The notes beneath the pieces were generated by a model. That model did not search any database, was not told the DNA's origin, and worked only from the letters and a program-made list of their open reading frames with translations. From positions 62,001-126,000 of the forward strand of contig JAIVFI010000044.1 of NCBI GenBank assembly GCA_025558095.1: a stretch of DNA of 64,000 nt, in the 5' to 3' direction. The stretch is from Hyaloraphidium curvatum SAG 235-1 (taxonomy: Eukaryota; Fungi; Monoblepharomycota). Within the stretch, counting starts at the first letter, position 1, and every line of letters starts with the position of its first letter. The position numbers were made by a program, and so were the translations under genes. This document shows positions 11,867 to 22,637 of this stretch, piece by piece.

Positions 11867-12760
11867 TCAAGTTTCCCGCTCGACATTCCCGAATGCGGCC
11901 CAGAGGTCCCTCTCGCGGCGGCCTTCCTCCCCACGCCACGCCTCGCCGTGCGTCAGCGGCGGCCCCGAAAACTCGAACCGCACACGGAGCCCCGGCCGCA
12001 AGCACAGCATCCCGATCGCATCGGCGTGACCAACGGGGAGCGACGGCTGCGCGTTTCGGAGCACCAGCAGGCGCAGACTCGGCGGCAGCCGCGCGCACCA
12101 AAGCTCGCCGGTCGGGATCCTGTCCAGCTGCAGGGTCTCCACGCTGTCCATGGCCGACAGGGAGCTCCAGAACCTGTCCACGTCAGCCTCGGTCATGGGC
12201 GGGATCACCCGCACGGGGAACCAGATGAAGCGCAGCTCCTTCAATCGCAGCCCCTGCATCGCGAGCAGCCCGGGGAACGTGTCCAGCTGCGCCACCGCCA
12301 AAACGAGCTTGGCCCCGAGGGCGGGCGGGGCACGGTCCCAAGGGAACCCTTTGTTGAGGCACCGCACCGCGCGGACGGCGGGAGCTGCCGCCAGCGCCTC
12401 GAAGATGCGCGAGGTGCCGACGACGGTGACCTCCACGTCCCGCATGCGCAAAAGCATGCTCTCCAGGTCGTCCGCGGCAGAAAGATGCACACCGGCCAGC
12501 ATCAAGTGGCGCACGAAGCGCAGGTTCGGCGACTCCCCCGCCGCCGAAAAGAAGCGCCCGAACGGAACAGGGCGTTCGAAGGGCGGGAACGCGGAGTCGC
12601 CGAGGCACACCGTGCGGAAGAGTGCGGGCATCACAGCATCGAGGCCCGCGGAGCTGGCTTGCGCGAGGGAGGCGAGCGTGCGGAGGAGGCCGGCGCGGGA
12701 GAGGTGTTCGGCGACCAGGGCGAGGAGCTCCTCGGGCAGGTCCGGCGGTTCGGGCACCAT
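11867..12760 (-). CDS. F-box-like protein with LRR-like C-terminus (intronless; alternative start at 12835)
   Basis: N-terminal PDLPEELLALVAEHL...TLASLAQAS...MPALFRTV, followed by LxxLxL-type segments. Confidence 0.65.
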   Translation of the reverse strand: MVPEPPDLPEELLALVAEHLSRAGLLRTLASLAQASSAGLDAVMPALFRTVCLGDSAFPPFERPVPFGRFFSAAGESPNLRFVRHLMLAGVHLSAADDLESMLLRMRDVEVTVVGTSRIFEALAAAPAVRAVRCLNKGFPWDRAPPALGAKLVLAVAQLDTFPGLLAMQGLRLKELRFIWFPVRVIPPMTEADVDRFWSSLSAMDSVETLQLDRIPTGELWCARLPPSLRLLVLRNAQPSLPVGHADAIGMLCLRPGLRVRFEFSGPPLTHGEAWRGEEGRRERDLWAAFGNVERET

Positions 12761-12887
12761 CAACGACGAATGAAGATAGGTGCGACTGTCCGGGTCGCTC
12801 CCGGCAAAGCTAGCTCCGGGTGCGGCCGTGGCCATGTTGGACGACGGCTGGCCTGCCGAACTCCGTGTCTCCCGCGGCGAGCAAAGG

Positions 12888-13445
12888 ATGCCTGCCCACC
12901 TAATCTACATCATGGGCACTACCGCCTGCGGCAAAACCACCGTCGCCTCCGCGCTCCCGCCGCTCCTGGCCTCCCTCTCGCCCCCGGTGCGCGCGTCGTG
13001 CGTCGACGCGGACGCGCTCCACCCCCGCGCCAACGTCGAGAAAATGAGCCGCGGCGAGCCGTTGGACGACGACGACAGGTGGCCGTGGCTGGAGGCCGTG
13101 GCGACCGAGGCGGTGAAGGAGGCTGGAAAGGACGGGGCGGCCGTGGTCGCGTGTTCCGCGCTGAAACGGAAATACCGGGCGGTCCTGGCCCGGAATGACC
13201 CCGGAAGCGCCGTCGAGACGACGTTCGTGCATCTCCGCGCGTCGCCTGAAGTCATACGGACGCGAATCGCGGCCCGGAAGGGGCACTTCATGAACCCGGC
13301 TTTGGTGGACTCCCAGTTTGCTGCCCTCGAGCAACCACAGTTGGGCGAGGGCCCCTACGGCGTCATTGTCGTGGACGTGGACGACAAACCGGAGGACGAG
13401 GTGCTGCGGGAGGTGCTCGAAAAGCTGGAACCGAGGCTCCGGTAG
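12888..13445 (+). CDS. Gluconokinase (GntK/IdnK type)
   Basis: IYIMGTTACGKTT P-loop, DADALHPRANVEKMSRGEPLDDDDRWPWL, VVACSALKRKYR, RKGHFMNPALVDSQFAALE. Confidence 0.93.
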   Translation: MPAHLIYIMGTTACGKTTVASALPPLLASLSPPVRASCVDADALHPRANVEKMSRGEPLDDDDRWPWLEAVATEAVKEAGKDGAAVVACSALKRKYRAVLARNDPGSAVETTFVHLRASPEVIRTRIAARKGHFMNPALVDSQFAALEQPQLGEGPYGVIVVDVDDKPEDEVLREVLEKLEPRLR

Positions 13446-13451
13446 CCTCTA

Positions 13452-15040
13452 TCATTGTGTCTTCTGGTCGAGGACACGCAGCATGTACTCGCAGGCTGCC
13501 ACCAACCCGGCCTCCACCTCCTCCCCGCTCGGCACGATCTCGGACGGCGGGAGGAGGAAGCCGCGCTCGCCTCTGTCGCGGAGCTCGACGCCGAACGCGA
13601 AGTCGGCCCCGACGGAGCGGGCAAAGTCGACCGAGGAGCCCGGTGCGGGGTAGATGGTCTGGCACACGGGCCCGTGCCCGAAGCTGTACGGTCATCGGCA
13701 TGTCAGCTGCAATCGACCGGCGTCCGCAGCGCAGGCATCGCACCTCTTCCCGTGCACCTTCTCCAGCGCCTCCACCGCCGCCTCCGCCGCCCCGGCGAGC
13801 GCCCTGCCTTCCGGCGACCGATCCTCCTCGCACGTCCACGCGGGCGGGTACATCCAGAGCTGCGAGAAGGCGTGAAAGTCGGCGTAGCCCGCCAGCGGCG
13901 CCGTCGAGTTGGAGAGGGATGTGAGGAGCGAGGCGATGGCGCGGGATTCGGGGGCCGAGAAGGCCTTGGGGCCGCCGCTGGTCGGGTCGGACGTCAGCCT
14001 TCTTGCGCCGTCCGGCGGGACGGCAGACCCACTAGTTCTCGGCGCAAGGGTTGGAGGAGGAAGACCACTTGTATCCCCAGTTGCGGTTGGTGTCGGTTCC
14101 GTCGCAGCCAAAGCCGGGGAACGGCGACTTGTTGGGCTGCCTGTTCTTGCGCCACTGCGCACCGGAGTCGTCGGCAAACCGAGTGGCGCACGCCCACGAC
14201 AGATCCCACCATCCGGTCCTTGGTCCAGGAATAAATGTAGCCGTCGACGTTCATGACGGGAATGACGTGGAACTCGAACCGGTCCAGCAGCGCCGCCAGC
14301 GGCCCCTCCCCCGAAAGCAGCCGGTCCGCGAGGTAGGTCGCGACCGCCGCCGATATCCACTCCCGGGCATGCTGTGCGCCGTGGAACACGAACGAGTACT
14401 TCCGGGGGTGGGGATGGTCCGAAGTCGAGTTGCCGTGCGGCCGCGCGATCTTGAGGCCGAGGATGTCCCGCCCCTCGTGGGTCTTGCCGGCGGTGAACAC
14501 CGATGCGATTTCGGGGTGCTCCTCGGCGGCCTTCATGACAAAGTCTTTGAGCTCGTCGGCCGTGTGGTACTTGCTAAAGAACCCGTCGCGGCCGGCTTGA
14601 GCAGAAAGCTCTTGTTCCTCCCGGATGAGCTGGTCAACATCTTCGTGCACGACCCGGGATCCGGAAAACCGGCGCTCCAGTCTGGGCCAGTGACGGGCAA
14701 ATGCGCCGGGGTTGAGCCGCACCAGCGCCGTAGCGCAGCCGCCGTCCCGAGCGAACGACCACAGATCTGCCCCGGGGATCGCCTCCAAGACGGTCAGGAG
14801 GTCCTCTTTCCTGTCGGCATGCCGAAAAGACGCGTTGTCGGCCCGCTGGAGAGCGATCGGAGCTTCTTTGCCAGGGCAATCGACGAGGCGGACCACGCCG
14901 TGACCGCCATACGAGACGGGGCCCGAAGACACAAGGAAAGACCGGAGATCCAAAACGGAGGGCTCCCAGAAGGAAAACAACGCAATGCAAGCAATCAGGA
15001 GCCCCAAGGCCGAGAAAACCACACGCGCCGCGTCTGGCAT
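13452..15040 (-). CDS. Secreted zinc carboxypeptidase, family M14A, with prodomain
   Basis: Signal/anchor; HAREWI zinc ligands, WRKNR, DINRNW, DFHAFSQ, TIYPAPGSSVDF and FGVELRD (catalytic Glu intact); at least 3 introns. Confidence 0.92.
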
Positions 15041-15129
15041 CGCGGCGAACTAAAGACAGTGCGCACAGAGCAGCTTCTGAGACGTGTCATCGAAGCAGCA
15101 TCAACCAGTCTTGTCGCGCCGGGAACACG

Positions 15130-16668
15130 ATGCCGCCACGGTCGCCGCCCAAAAGGGCGGCACCGAATGTCCGGCACCGCGATGGCCCGGGCCAGCAGAC
15201 ATTGGACGCGCCGCATCCCCTCCTCCGCCTCGCGGACGCGCTGCCCGGACCTCTGCGGCCGCTGGGCCGGCTGGCCGCCTCGTTGCTCGCCGACCGGAGA
15301 TATTTCTGGCATTTGGCGGGACTGCTGCTCGTGTGGGAGGCGCTGCTGACGGCGGTTGTGATACTGAAGGTGCCCTGTGGGTCCACCGTCGCGGCGGAAT
15401 GAGGACTTCGCTGACCGCGGTCCAGACACGGAAATCGACTGGATTGCCTACATGCAGGAAGTTGAGGGGTTCCTGGGCGGCGAGAGGGACTACATGAAGC
15501 TTAAGGGCGACACGGGGCCGCTCGTGTACCCCGCGGGCTTCGTCTACCTTTACTCTGGGCTCCGGTGGTTGACTGGAGGGGGCGTCGACCTGCGGACGGG
15601 GCAGTGGATCTTTGCGGGCCTTTACCTGGCCACGATGGGGGTGGTTTTCGCTGCTCTGGGTCACTCTGAGGTGGTGAGTGTCTCGTTGTTGCTCTTCGCC
15701 GTCCACTTCATCGACATTCGTCGCAGATGCCGAACTACGGCCTCATTCTCTTAACGCTATCGAAGCGCCTCCATTCCATCTATGTGCTGAGGCTGTTCAA
15801 CGACCCGTGGGCCATGTTCTTCCTCTACTGCGCCCTGCTAGCGATGGTGCGAGGCCGATGGCGAGGAAGCGCAGTTCTCTACAGGCAAGTTCTCAATCGT
15901 ACCATCGAAGCTGACTGTCAATGACCTCTGTGATGGCATTACAGCCTCGCGGTGTCGATCAAGATGAACGTCCTGCTATTTGCCCCGGCCTTTGGCGTAC
16001 TGCACCTCGTGGCGAACGGCCTTGCCGAGTCGATCATCAACGGCCTCTCCTTCCTCCTCATCCAGATCCTCCTCTCTCTCCCCTTCATGCTGCACAATGC
16101 ACGATCCTACCTCGCCCGGTCGTTTGAGCTCTCCCGTGTCTTCCTCTACAAGTGGACGACCAACTGGAAGTTCTTCGACGAGGCTACCTTCCTCTCCCCC
16201 TCCTTTGCCCGCCTGCTCCTCCTCGCGCACGCCGGATTGCTCCTCGTGCTCCTCCCGCTCTGGACCTCGCGCAGGCCGTGGCGCTCCCTCCTCTCGTGGG
16301 CCCGCCCGCCCTTCCCGCGGCCTTCGGCGGACCGCATCCTCTCTGCCATGCTGACTTCCAACCTCGCCGGCATCCTGTGCGCGAGGAGCCTGCACTACCA
16401 GTTCTACTCGTGGTACGCGCACGCGGTGCCGTACCTGCTCTTTTTCGCGGACCTAGAACGGGCGCTGGGGTTCCTGGGATCCGCGGCCGGGTTGGCGGCG
16501 GCGTTGCTGAGGATCGGGGCATGGGCGGTGCTGGAGTGGACGTGGAACGTGTACCCGGCGACAGCGGTGTCAAGTGCGGCGATGGTGGTGGTGAACGGGG
16601 GCGTCCTCGCAGCGTGCATCCTGTTTGGCAGGTGGACGCGGGGCAAAGAGAGCGGGCAAGCTCACTAG
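15130..16668 (+). CDS. ALG3: Dol-P-Man:Man5GlcNAc2-PP-Dol alpha-1,3-mannosyltransferase
   Basis: [16 protein letters not shown]...[60 protein letters not shown]; 3 introns, including GC-AG 15885-15944. Confidence 0.95.
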
Positions 16669-16941
16669 CAGGCTTCACGTGTATCGATTGAAGTGACCCT
16701 TCAGCCCTCCCTTTACATCATGGCGTGCAACACTCTTCGTCTTCCTCCCACGGACAAATGTCGTAGTCACCGTCCTCGTCGTCCGAAGACGGCTCACGAG
16801 ATTTGCGATTCTGGATCTCCAGCTCGAGGCGCAGGTTGGCGATGTGTTGGCTCCCTCGCCTTACAAAAGACGAAAATTCCGACTTTTTTTTTTCCTGCTT
16901 TCTCTCCTCTTCACTTCTCGCCGACTTGCGACCCGCCCCAA

Positions 16942-19255
16942 CTACGAGATCCGGGGCTTTTGAAGCCGGATGGTGACGTAGAAGAAGATTCGGAACACTA
17001 CGATTATGGCAATGAGCACGCCACACCAGTTCCCGATGGTGGCGCCGCCGATCTCGTAATACGACATGACGTCGTTCCCGGTGAAAGCGCACTGGCCTGG
17101 GGGCAGCGTCGAAGGGAACATGCAGAAGCACTCGGTGGAGTTGCCCTGCTGGATTTGGTCGCAAGTAAACGTTTGGCCCGACAGGTCGTTCGCCGCCATG
17201 AGCTCGAAAGTGTAGCGCTGGTAGTCGATTTGCTGTGGGCGCACGTGAGAGGTCCGCCCCTCCGTCGATTGAGCCGTTGAAGCTCACCGTTGCCCAGACA
17301 CGCAGCCACACGGGGAGGTTGATGTACTTGACGAAGTAGCCCTGGACACACATCCAGAAACCGTTCATAAAGGAGGTGATCGCGAGCGCAGCCACGAAGA
17401 TGGGCACAAGTGCCGACACGAATATGGCCTGGAATTCCGCAGCGAGGAGGCCGAGGTAGAGATACGCAAGGAATTGGAAGAAGTGCGAGGCGCCGGGGTT
17501 CAGGCCAATCATTGGATAGGCGATTGCGGTGAAGACGAGCGAAATGACGAAGAGGTAGGGAAGAACGACAAGGGTATTGGCGATGGTGTGGGCCAGGCAG
17601 CCGTACAGCCCGTTGGCGCGCTCGCGCATGAACACCTGGCGTTCTTCGAGGAAGGATGGGATGCCGGCGACCGACATGAAGCCGAGGAAGGCGACGGAGA
17701 AGAAGTAGACCGAGAAGCGGTCCGCGATCTGGGCTTGTCCGTACCCAATGCGCATCCAAACGAGGCCCATCAGGATGGCCATGGCGACTGATGCATGGAG
17801 GCAGAGGCAGAAGCTAGATCAGCACGGAGCTGTCAGGCTAGGGGGAATCGCGTACGCACCGTACATGGCCAGGCGGATGCCGTAGCCGATGATGTTGCGC
17901 GAGTAGTTGAGGACGTTTCTGCGAGTCAGGACGACCGTCTGCTGGAAGATGTTGGCCTTGTACGTGTGCTTCCGTTCGCTTTTGACCAGGCCGGTCAGAG
18001 ACGCGATCGAGCCCGAGGGCCCCTTGGGCAGTTCCTCCATGGCTCCCTTGGCGTCGAGCTTGACGACAGGGCCGTTGTCTTTCCACGCCTGAACAATGCT
18101 ATCGATCTGCTGGGCGGCTGCGGCGCGGTCCGTAATGAAGTCAACGTTGATCTGCAACGATGCATGTTATAGCGTGAACAGACAACTGCGCGTCTCACCA
18201 CATGCCTGCTCTAGGAAAAAGTCCGACGGGTTGAAGTACGCCGGGCAGGGACGCCCAATGCTCGTGAAGTAGTCGATGGCGCCCTCGCGGGGGCCAGGGA
18301 AAACGGTTCGGCCGCCAGGAGCAAGCAGAAGGAGCTGAAAGGATGAACTGGTCAACAAGAGCTGGACTGGAGGAACATTGCAGCGATGCTCACGTCGTCG
18401 AACAGGTTGAAAGTCTCCGTGCTCGGCTGATGGATGGTGGCGACGACCGTGACTTGGCCCTCTACGGCGAGCCGCTTAACCGACTCCATGACCTTAAACG
18501 CTGCTGCGCTGTCCAGGCCAGATGTTGGCTCGTCGAGAAACTGCAGGAAGGGCATCAGTCGATCAGCGAGTGATGAAGGGCCTTGCGCGACTCACCAGGA
18601 TCTTGGGATCGGTGACCAGCTGCGAGGCGATGGACGTCCGCCTCTTCTCGCCCCAGGAGACACCGCGCTGTATCACCGTGCCGACAATGGAGTCTTTGAC
18701 ACGCTCGAGGCCCATTTCCTGGATCGCTTGGTCCACCTTCTTCTCGCGTTCGGCGCGCGAGAAGTTCGGGAGCGAAAGGTCGGCGGCGTAGCGTATGTTC
18801 TCGACGACGGTTAGGGAGCCGTAGAGGGCTTCCTCCTGCATGACAAAGGTGGACAAGTGCTTGAGGGTCGACGAGCCGGGGGCGACGGCTGCGCCGTCCA
18901 CCGCGAGGGAGCCCGAGAGGCCGCCTGCGCGGACGCGATTCGAAATGCAGCTCAAAAAGGTCGACTTGCCTGCGCCGCTGGGGCCCATGACTGCACGGCA
19001 AAGGACGGTCGGTCAGCAGTGGCTTGGGCGGTGTTCGAGATGCGCGAACCTGCGAGGATGCGGCCGGGCAGAGCGCGGCCGGTGCCGCAATCGAGCACGA
19101 CCTTGGCCGACTTGCCGTCGTTGTGCTTGGGCTTCACCTGGGGCGAAAACAAGTGAGCGCGGTGCCCGACGGTGACGAGGGGGGCTCACATTGACTTTGT
19201 ACGCGAGGTCGGTCCAGGAAAGCTCGACGCCGCTGACGGTGACAGTGGCGGACAT
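16942..19255 (-). CDS. ABCG (White-family) half-size ABC transporter, NBD-TMD, 8 exons; signature motif altered
   Basis: Walker [20 protein letters not shown], Walker [38 protein letters not shown]. Confidence 0.92.
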
Positions 19256-19745
19256 GGTGGAAGGTTTCGCCGCGAAGTTCGCAACTTCGGGGCAGCGAGC
19301 TCAGCTCCTAAGCGCTGCTGAGGTGGGGAGACGTTTCTGTTGGAACCCTTCGAAACGACCGATCTGGGCCCCGCATATCCCTGTGACATCATGGGAGACG
19401 GGATGAGCCCATCAGCCTCAGCTTCATCGCGGCCTGCCTTCGGCGCAACATCAAACCATCCCTTTTCCACAATGGTGCCGAATATGGGTTCAGTGCCCGC
19501 CGAACGGCATGCGGATTCGTGCATGCCTATGGACTGCAGCGACCGACCTGCGGCGGGGCGCGCGGCATTTCCGCATCTGCTGGCGGTCTGGGCGTGCGCG
19601 AGCCGCTATCCGACTCTCCGGTGGGAGACGGGCGGCCAAGCGGACAGTCCCGGGAGAGCCAGGAAGCGCCGGCGGAGGTGCGGACCGTGCGGTGTCGTCT
19701 CGGGGTGCACCTGACGGTTGAAGCGCATCATTGCATTCTTCCGCG

Positions 19746-19945
19746 CCCTCCTTTCCGCCGCGCTCAACTCCTCGCGCACGCCGGACTATGCTCCTCCCGC
19801 GCTGGATCTCGAGTAGGCCGTGGCGCTCGCTCCGTTCCTGGGCCCGGCCGCCGCTCCTGCGTTCGCGCGGCCCTCGGCGGGCCGCATCCTTTTCGCCATG
19901 CTGATCTCAACCTCGCTGGCATTCTGTTCGCCAGAAGCCGGCAGT
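19746..19945 (+). pseudogene. Degenerate fragment of an ALG3 paralogue
   Basis: Colinear similarity to ~16197-16395: identical ctcctcgcgcacgccgga and aggccgtggcgctc, residual NLAGIL.ARS, with frameshifts. Confidence 0.85.
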
Positions 19946-20213
19946 GCTTGTCCAGGTCACCAATGTTTTGCCGAGGACAACGTGAAGGTCGAGCGACAAA
20001 CATGGAGAGGAACAAGCCAACGACGACTCGGAGAACAGGACCTAGGACCAGATGGCAGGGCAAGGGATAAGGCGGCCTAATACTATGGTACATACACGCG
20101 GCCGCACGGAGCCGTAATCCACAATAGCTCGGTTATCCTCCCCGCCGCGCATGCGGCGGGCACATCCCGTGATCGACTGCTCAGAATGGTGGTACTTGGG
20201 TGGAGCGGAGCGC

Positions 20214-21780
20214 TCAGGACTTGGTGGGGATGCCGTTGACCGCGTTGGCGGCGGTGCTGGCGGCGGAGGCCTGGGCCGCGGTGGCGACGGGCGCGGAGGC
20301 ACCGAAGCCGGCTGCAAAGGGCGAGCGCGTGAGCAAACAGGGACGCGCAAGCAGCGTCGCGGGAAACCCACTCATGACGGCGTTCCTGTTGCGCACCAGC
20401 TGCGACTCGACCGCCACCTTGTCCAGGTCCGTCGCGTCCTTCATCGAGTCGAGGGTCTGCATCACCTGCTTCTCCAGCGCCAGGATGGCCTTCTCCTGCT
20501 CCTTGGTCGGGAGCGTGGAGCCGCACTTGCCGCAGCGGCGGGCGTCGGCCTGCACGTCCTCCTTGCACCAGAAGCACACCAGCACGATCGTCTCCTTCTT
20601 GCGGTAGAAGAGACCCATGAACTTGACCATGCCGAAGACGACGAGCGCGATGATGAAGAAGTTGATGATGGTCTGCGTGACGTGGGCGGTCAGGACTTGG
20701 AGCGGCTCGGGGACAACGCGGGAAACCCACGTTCAGGAAGTTGCCCCACGCGAGGGTGATGGCCTGGTCCAGCTTGGCCTGTGCAGGGGACGGGTAGCTC
20801 ATGTTGCCCGACAGGCCGGCGCGCATGACGGTGTTGATCTCGGAGAGGGACTTGTTGCCGATAAGACCGAGGATGGGGCCTGTGGGGCACGTGTCAGGGC
20901 GGGAGGGGAAGCGCGAGGTTGGAACCCACTGATCATGTCGTTGACGAGGGAGTTGACGATGGCCGTGAAGGCCTGGCCGACAATGACACCGACGGCGAGG
21001 TCGACGACGTTCTGGAGAACGGGACGGTGTTCACGGGAGCTCCATCCGACCTGCGCGGAGGGTACGCACACCGCGGGAGATGAACTTGAAGAAGTCCTGG
21101 GCGAACTCCGACATGCCCCTCAGCGCGTCCTGGGCCGCATCGCCGGGGTCCTCAAAGACGTTCTGCACGTAGGTTGTGGTTTGGTTGAACGTGTTCTTGG
21201 TCGTGTTGATGACGGCTGCGAAACAATCGGTTAATGGCCGTGCGGTGCACCGCTAAATGGGCTACTCACTGTCCGCAACGTCGGGAACAAAGTCGGATAT
21301 CGCGATCGACCCCGCGTCTCCCTTCGTGTCCTCGGCGATGGTGTCCGTGTTGAGCGCGTGCGCAAGATCCGAGGTGCCAGCGGCATCCGCCTTGCTAGGT
21401 GCAGCAGAAGCGGCGGCGGCAGCAGCGGCGACAGGGGCGGCCGAAGCGGCGGGGACGGCAGGGACGACCGAGGCCGCCGGTGCCGGTGCGCCCTTGGCGG
21501 CCGCATCCAGCGCGCCGGTTGCAGACTCGGCGGTCATGGCCATGGCGCCGCCGTTGACCGATTTGGCGCCCATGGAACCGATGGTGTTGCCCGTCTGGAT
21601 GCCCACGCCCTGGTTCGAGGTCATTGTCGGTGCGGTGGCCTTGGCGGCCTCTGCTGCTGCTTCGACGGGGACCAGCTTCGGCTGGCCGGTCTCGGCGTCG
21701 AGGATGACCTTGCCGGTGGCCTCGTCCACATCGTACTTGAAGCCGGCCGGCGGTGCCGGCAGGTCCGCCGGCGTCGACAT
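20214..21780 (-). CDS. mscL: Large-conductance mechanosensitive channel (MscL family) with long N-terminal extension and C-terminal zinc ribbon; 6 exons
   Basis: Spliced: [41 protein letters not shown]...AITLAWGNFLN|TIINFFIIALVVFGMVK...CFWCKEDVQADARRCGKCGS. Confidence 0.9.
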
Positions 21781-22637
21781 CTCCAAATAAAGCGGAAGCG
21801 GGTAACCTAGATGACGCGCGGTCCCCAAAGAAAGCAGACAGCAGGCCCCATTCCGGTAACAAGAGGCCGAACGGAGGGGTAATGAACGCAGGAGCGGCCG
21901 AAGGGCGTGAGGAAGGAAAACGAATGGTTAGCCCTGCCACCACGCCATCCGCGGCCCGAGCCACCACCGGTTGCGGCGGAACCGCATCACAGCACTCCAA
22001 CGCGCGCCGCGGTGTCGGCCGGGCGGTCGCCGGGGTCCGACAGCGGAGCGGCCAGCCGGGCCCCGATACCCGCGGGAACGCGTGCCGACGGCCATCGCGG
22101 GCCGGCCGCCCCGCCGCAACCCGCCGGCCGGCTATCCGCAATATTAAAAGCCCGGAGCCGCCGGCGGCGCCGCCCTCCCGCTGCCCGATGCTTCCGCACG
22201 GTGCGCGGGGGAGCGGGCGGGCGGGACCGTTTCCGGCGCCCGGCCATCGCCGCGCCGCCCCGCCCGCCGCCGCCGCCGCCGCCATCGTCTCGCTCTGCCT
22301 CTGTTCTGAGTAGCCGACACTGACCTCGCGCGCCGCTGGGGGGTGGGGGGCTCAGGGTCCTCGCACGATCACCACCTTCCTCGTTTGACCAGCCCGTCAG
22401 CCGGGTGCTGCGGCGGTCCCCCGACCCCGAACGCACCAAGGACGCGGATCGGCGGCCCAATTAATGACCAGCACGATAGCTGTATACTCCACATCTACGT
22501 GCCGTGGTGGATGGCAGGCGACGGGCCACGCCGGCCGGCCGATCCGATCGTCCCTATGCCGTCCGCAATCCCGACCCAAGCCGATCGCACCTCGCGCGCA
22601 TCCACATCCGCAAACCAAACAACCAGAAACCCTGCAA

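Noticed and set aside
22250-22285. (GCC)n microsatellite upstream of the MscL gene
   Set aside because: Short and unremarkable in a GC-rich genome.
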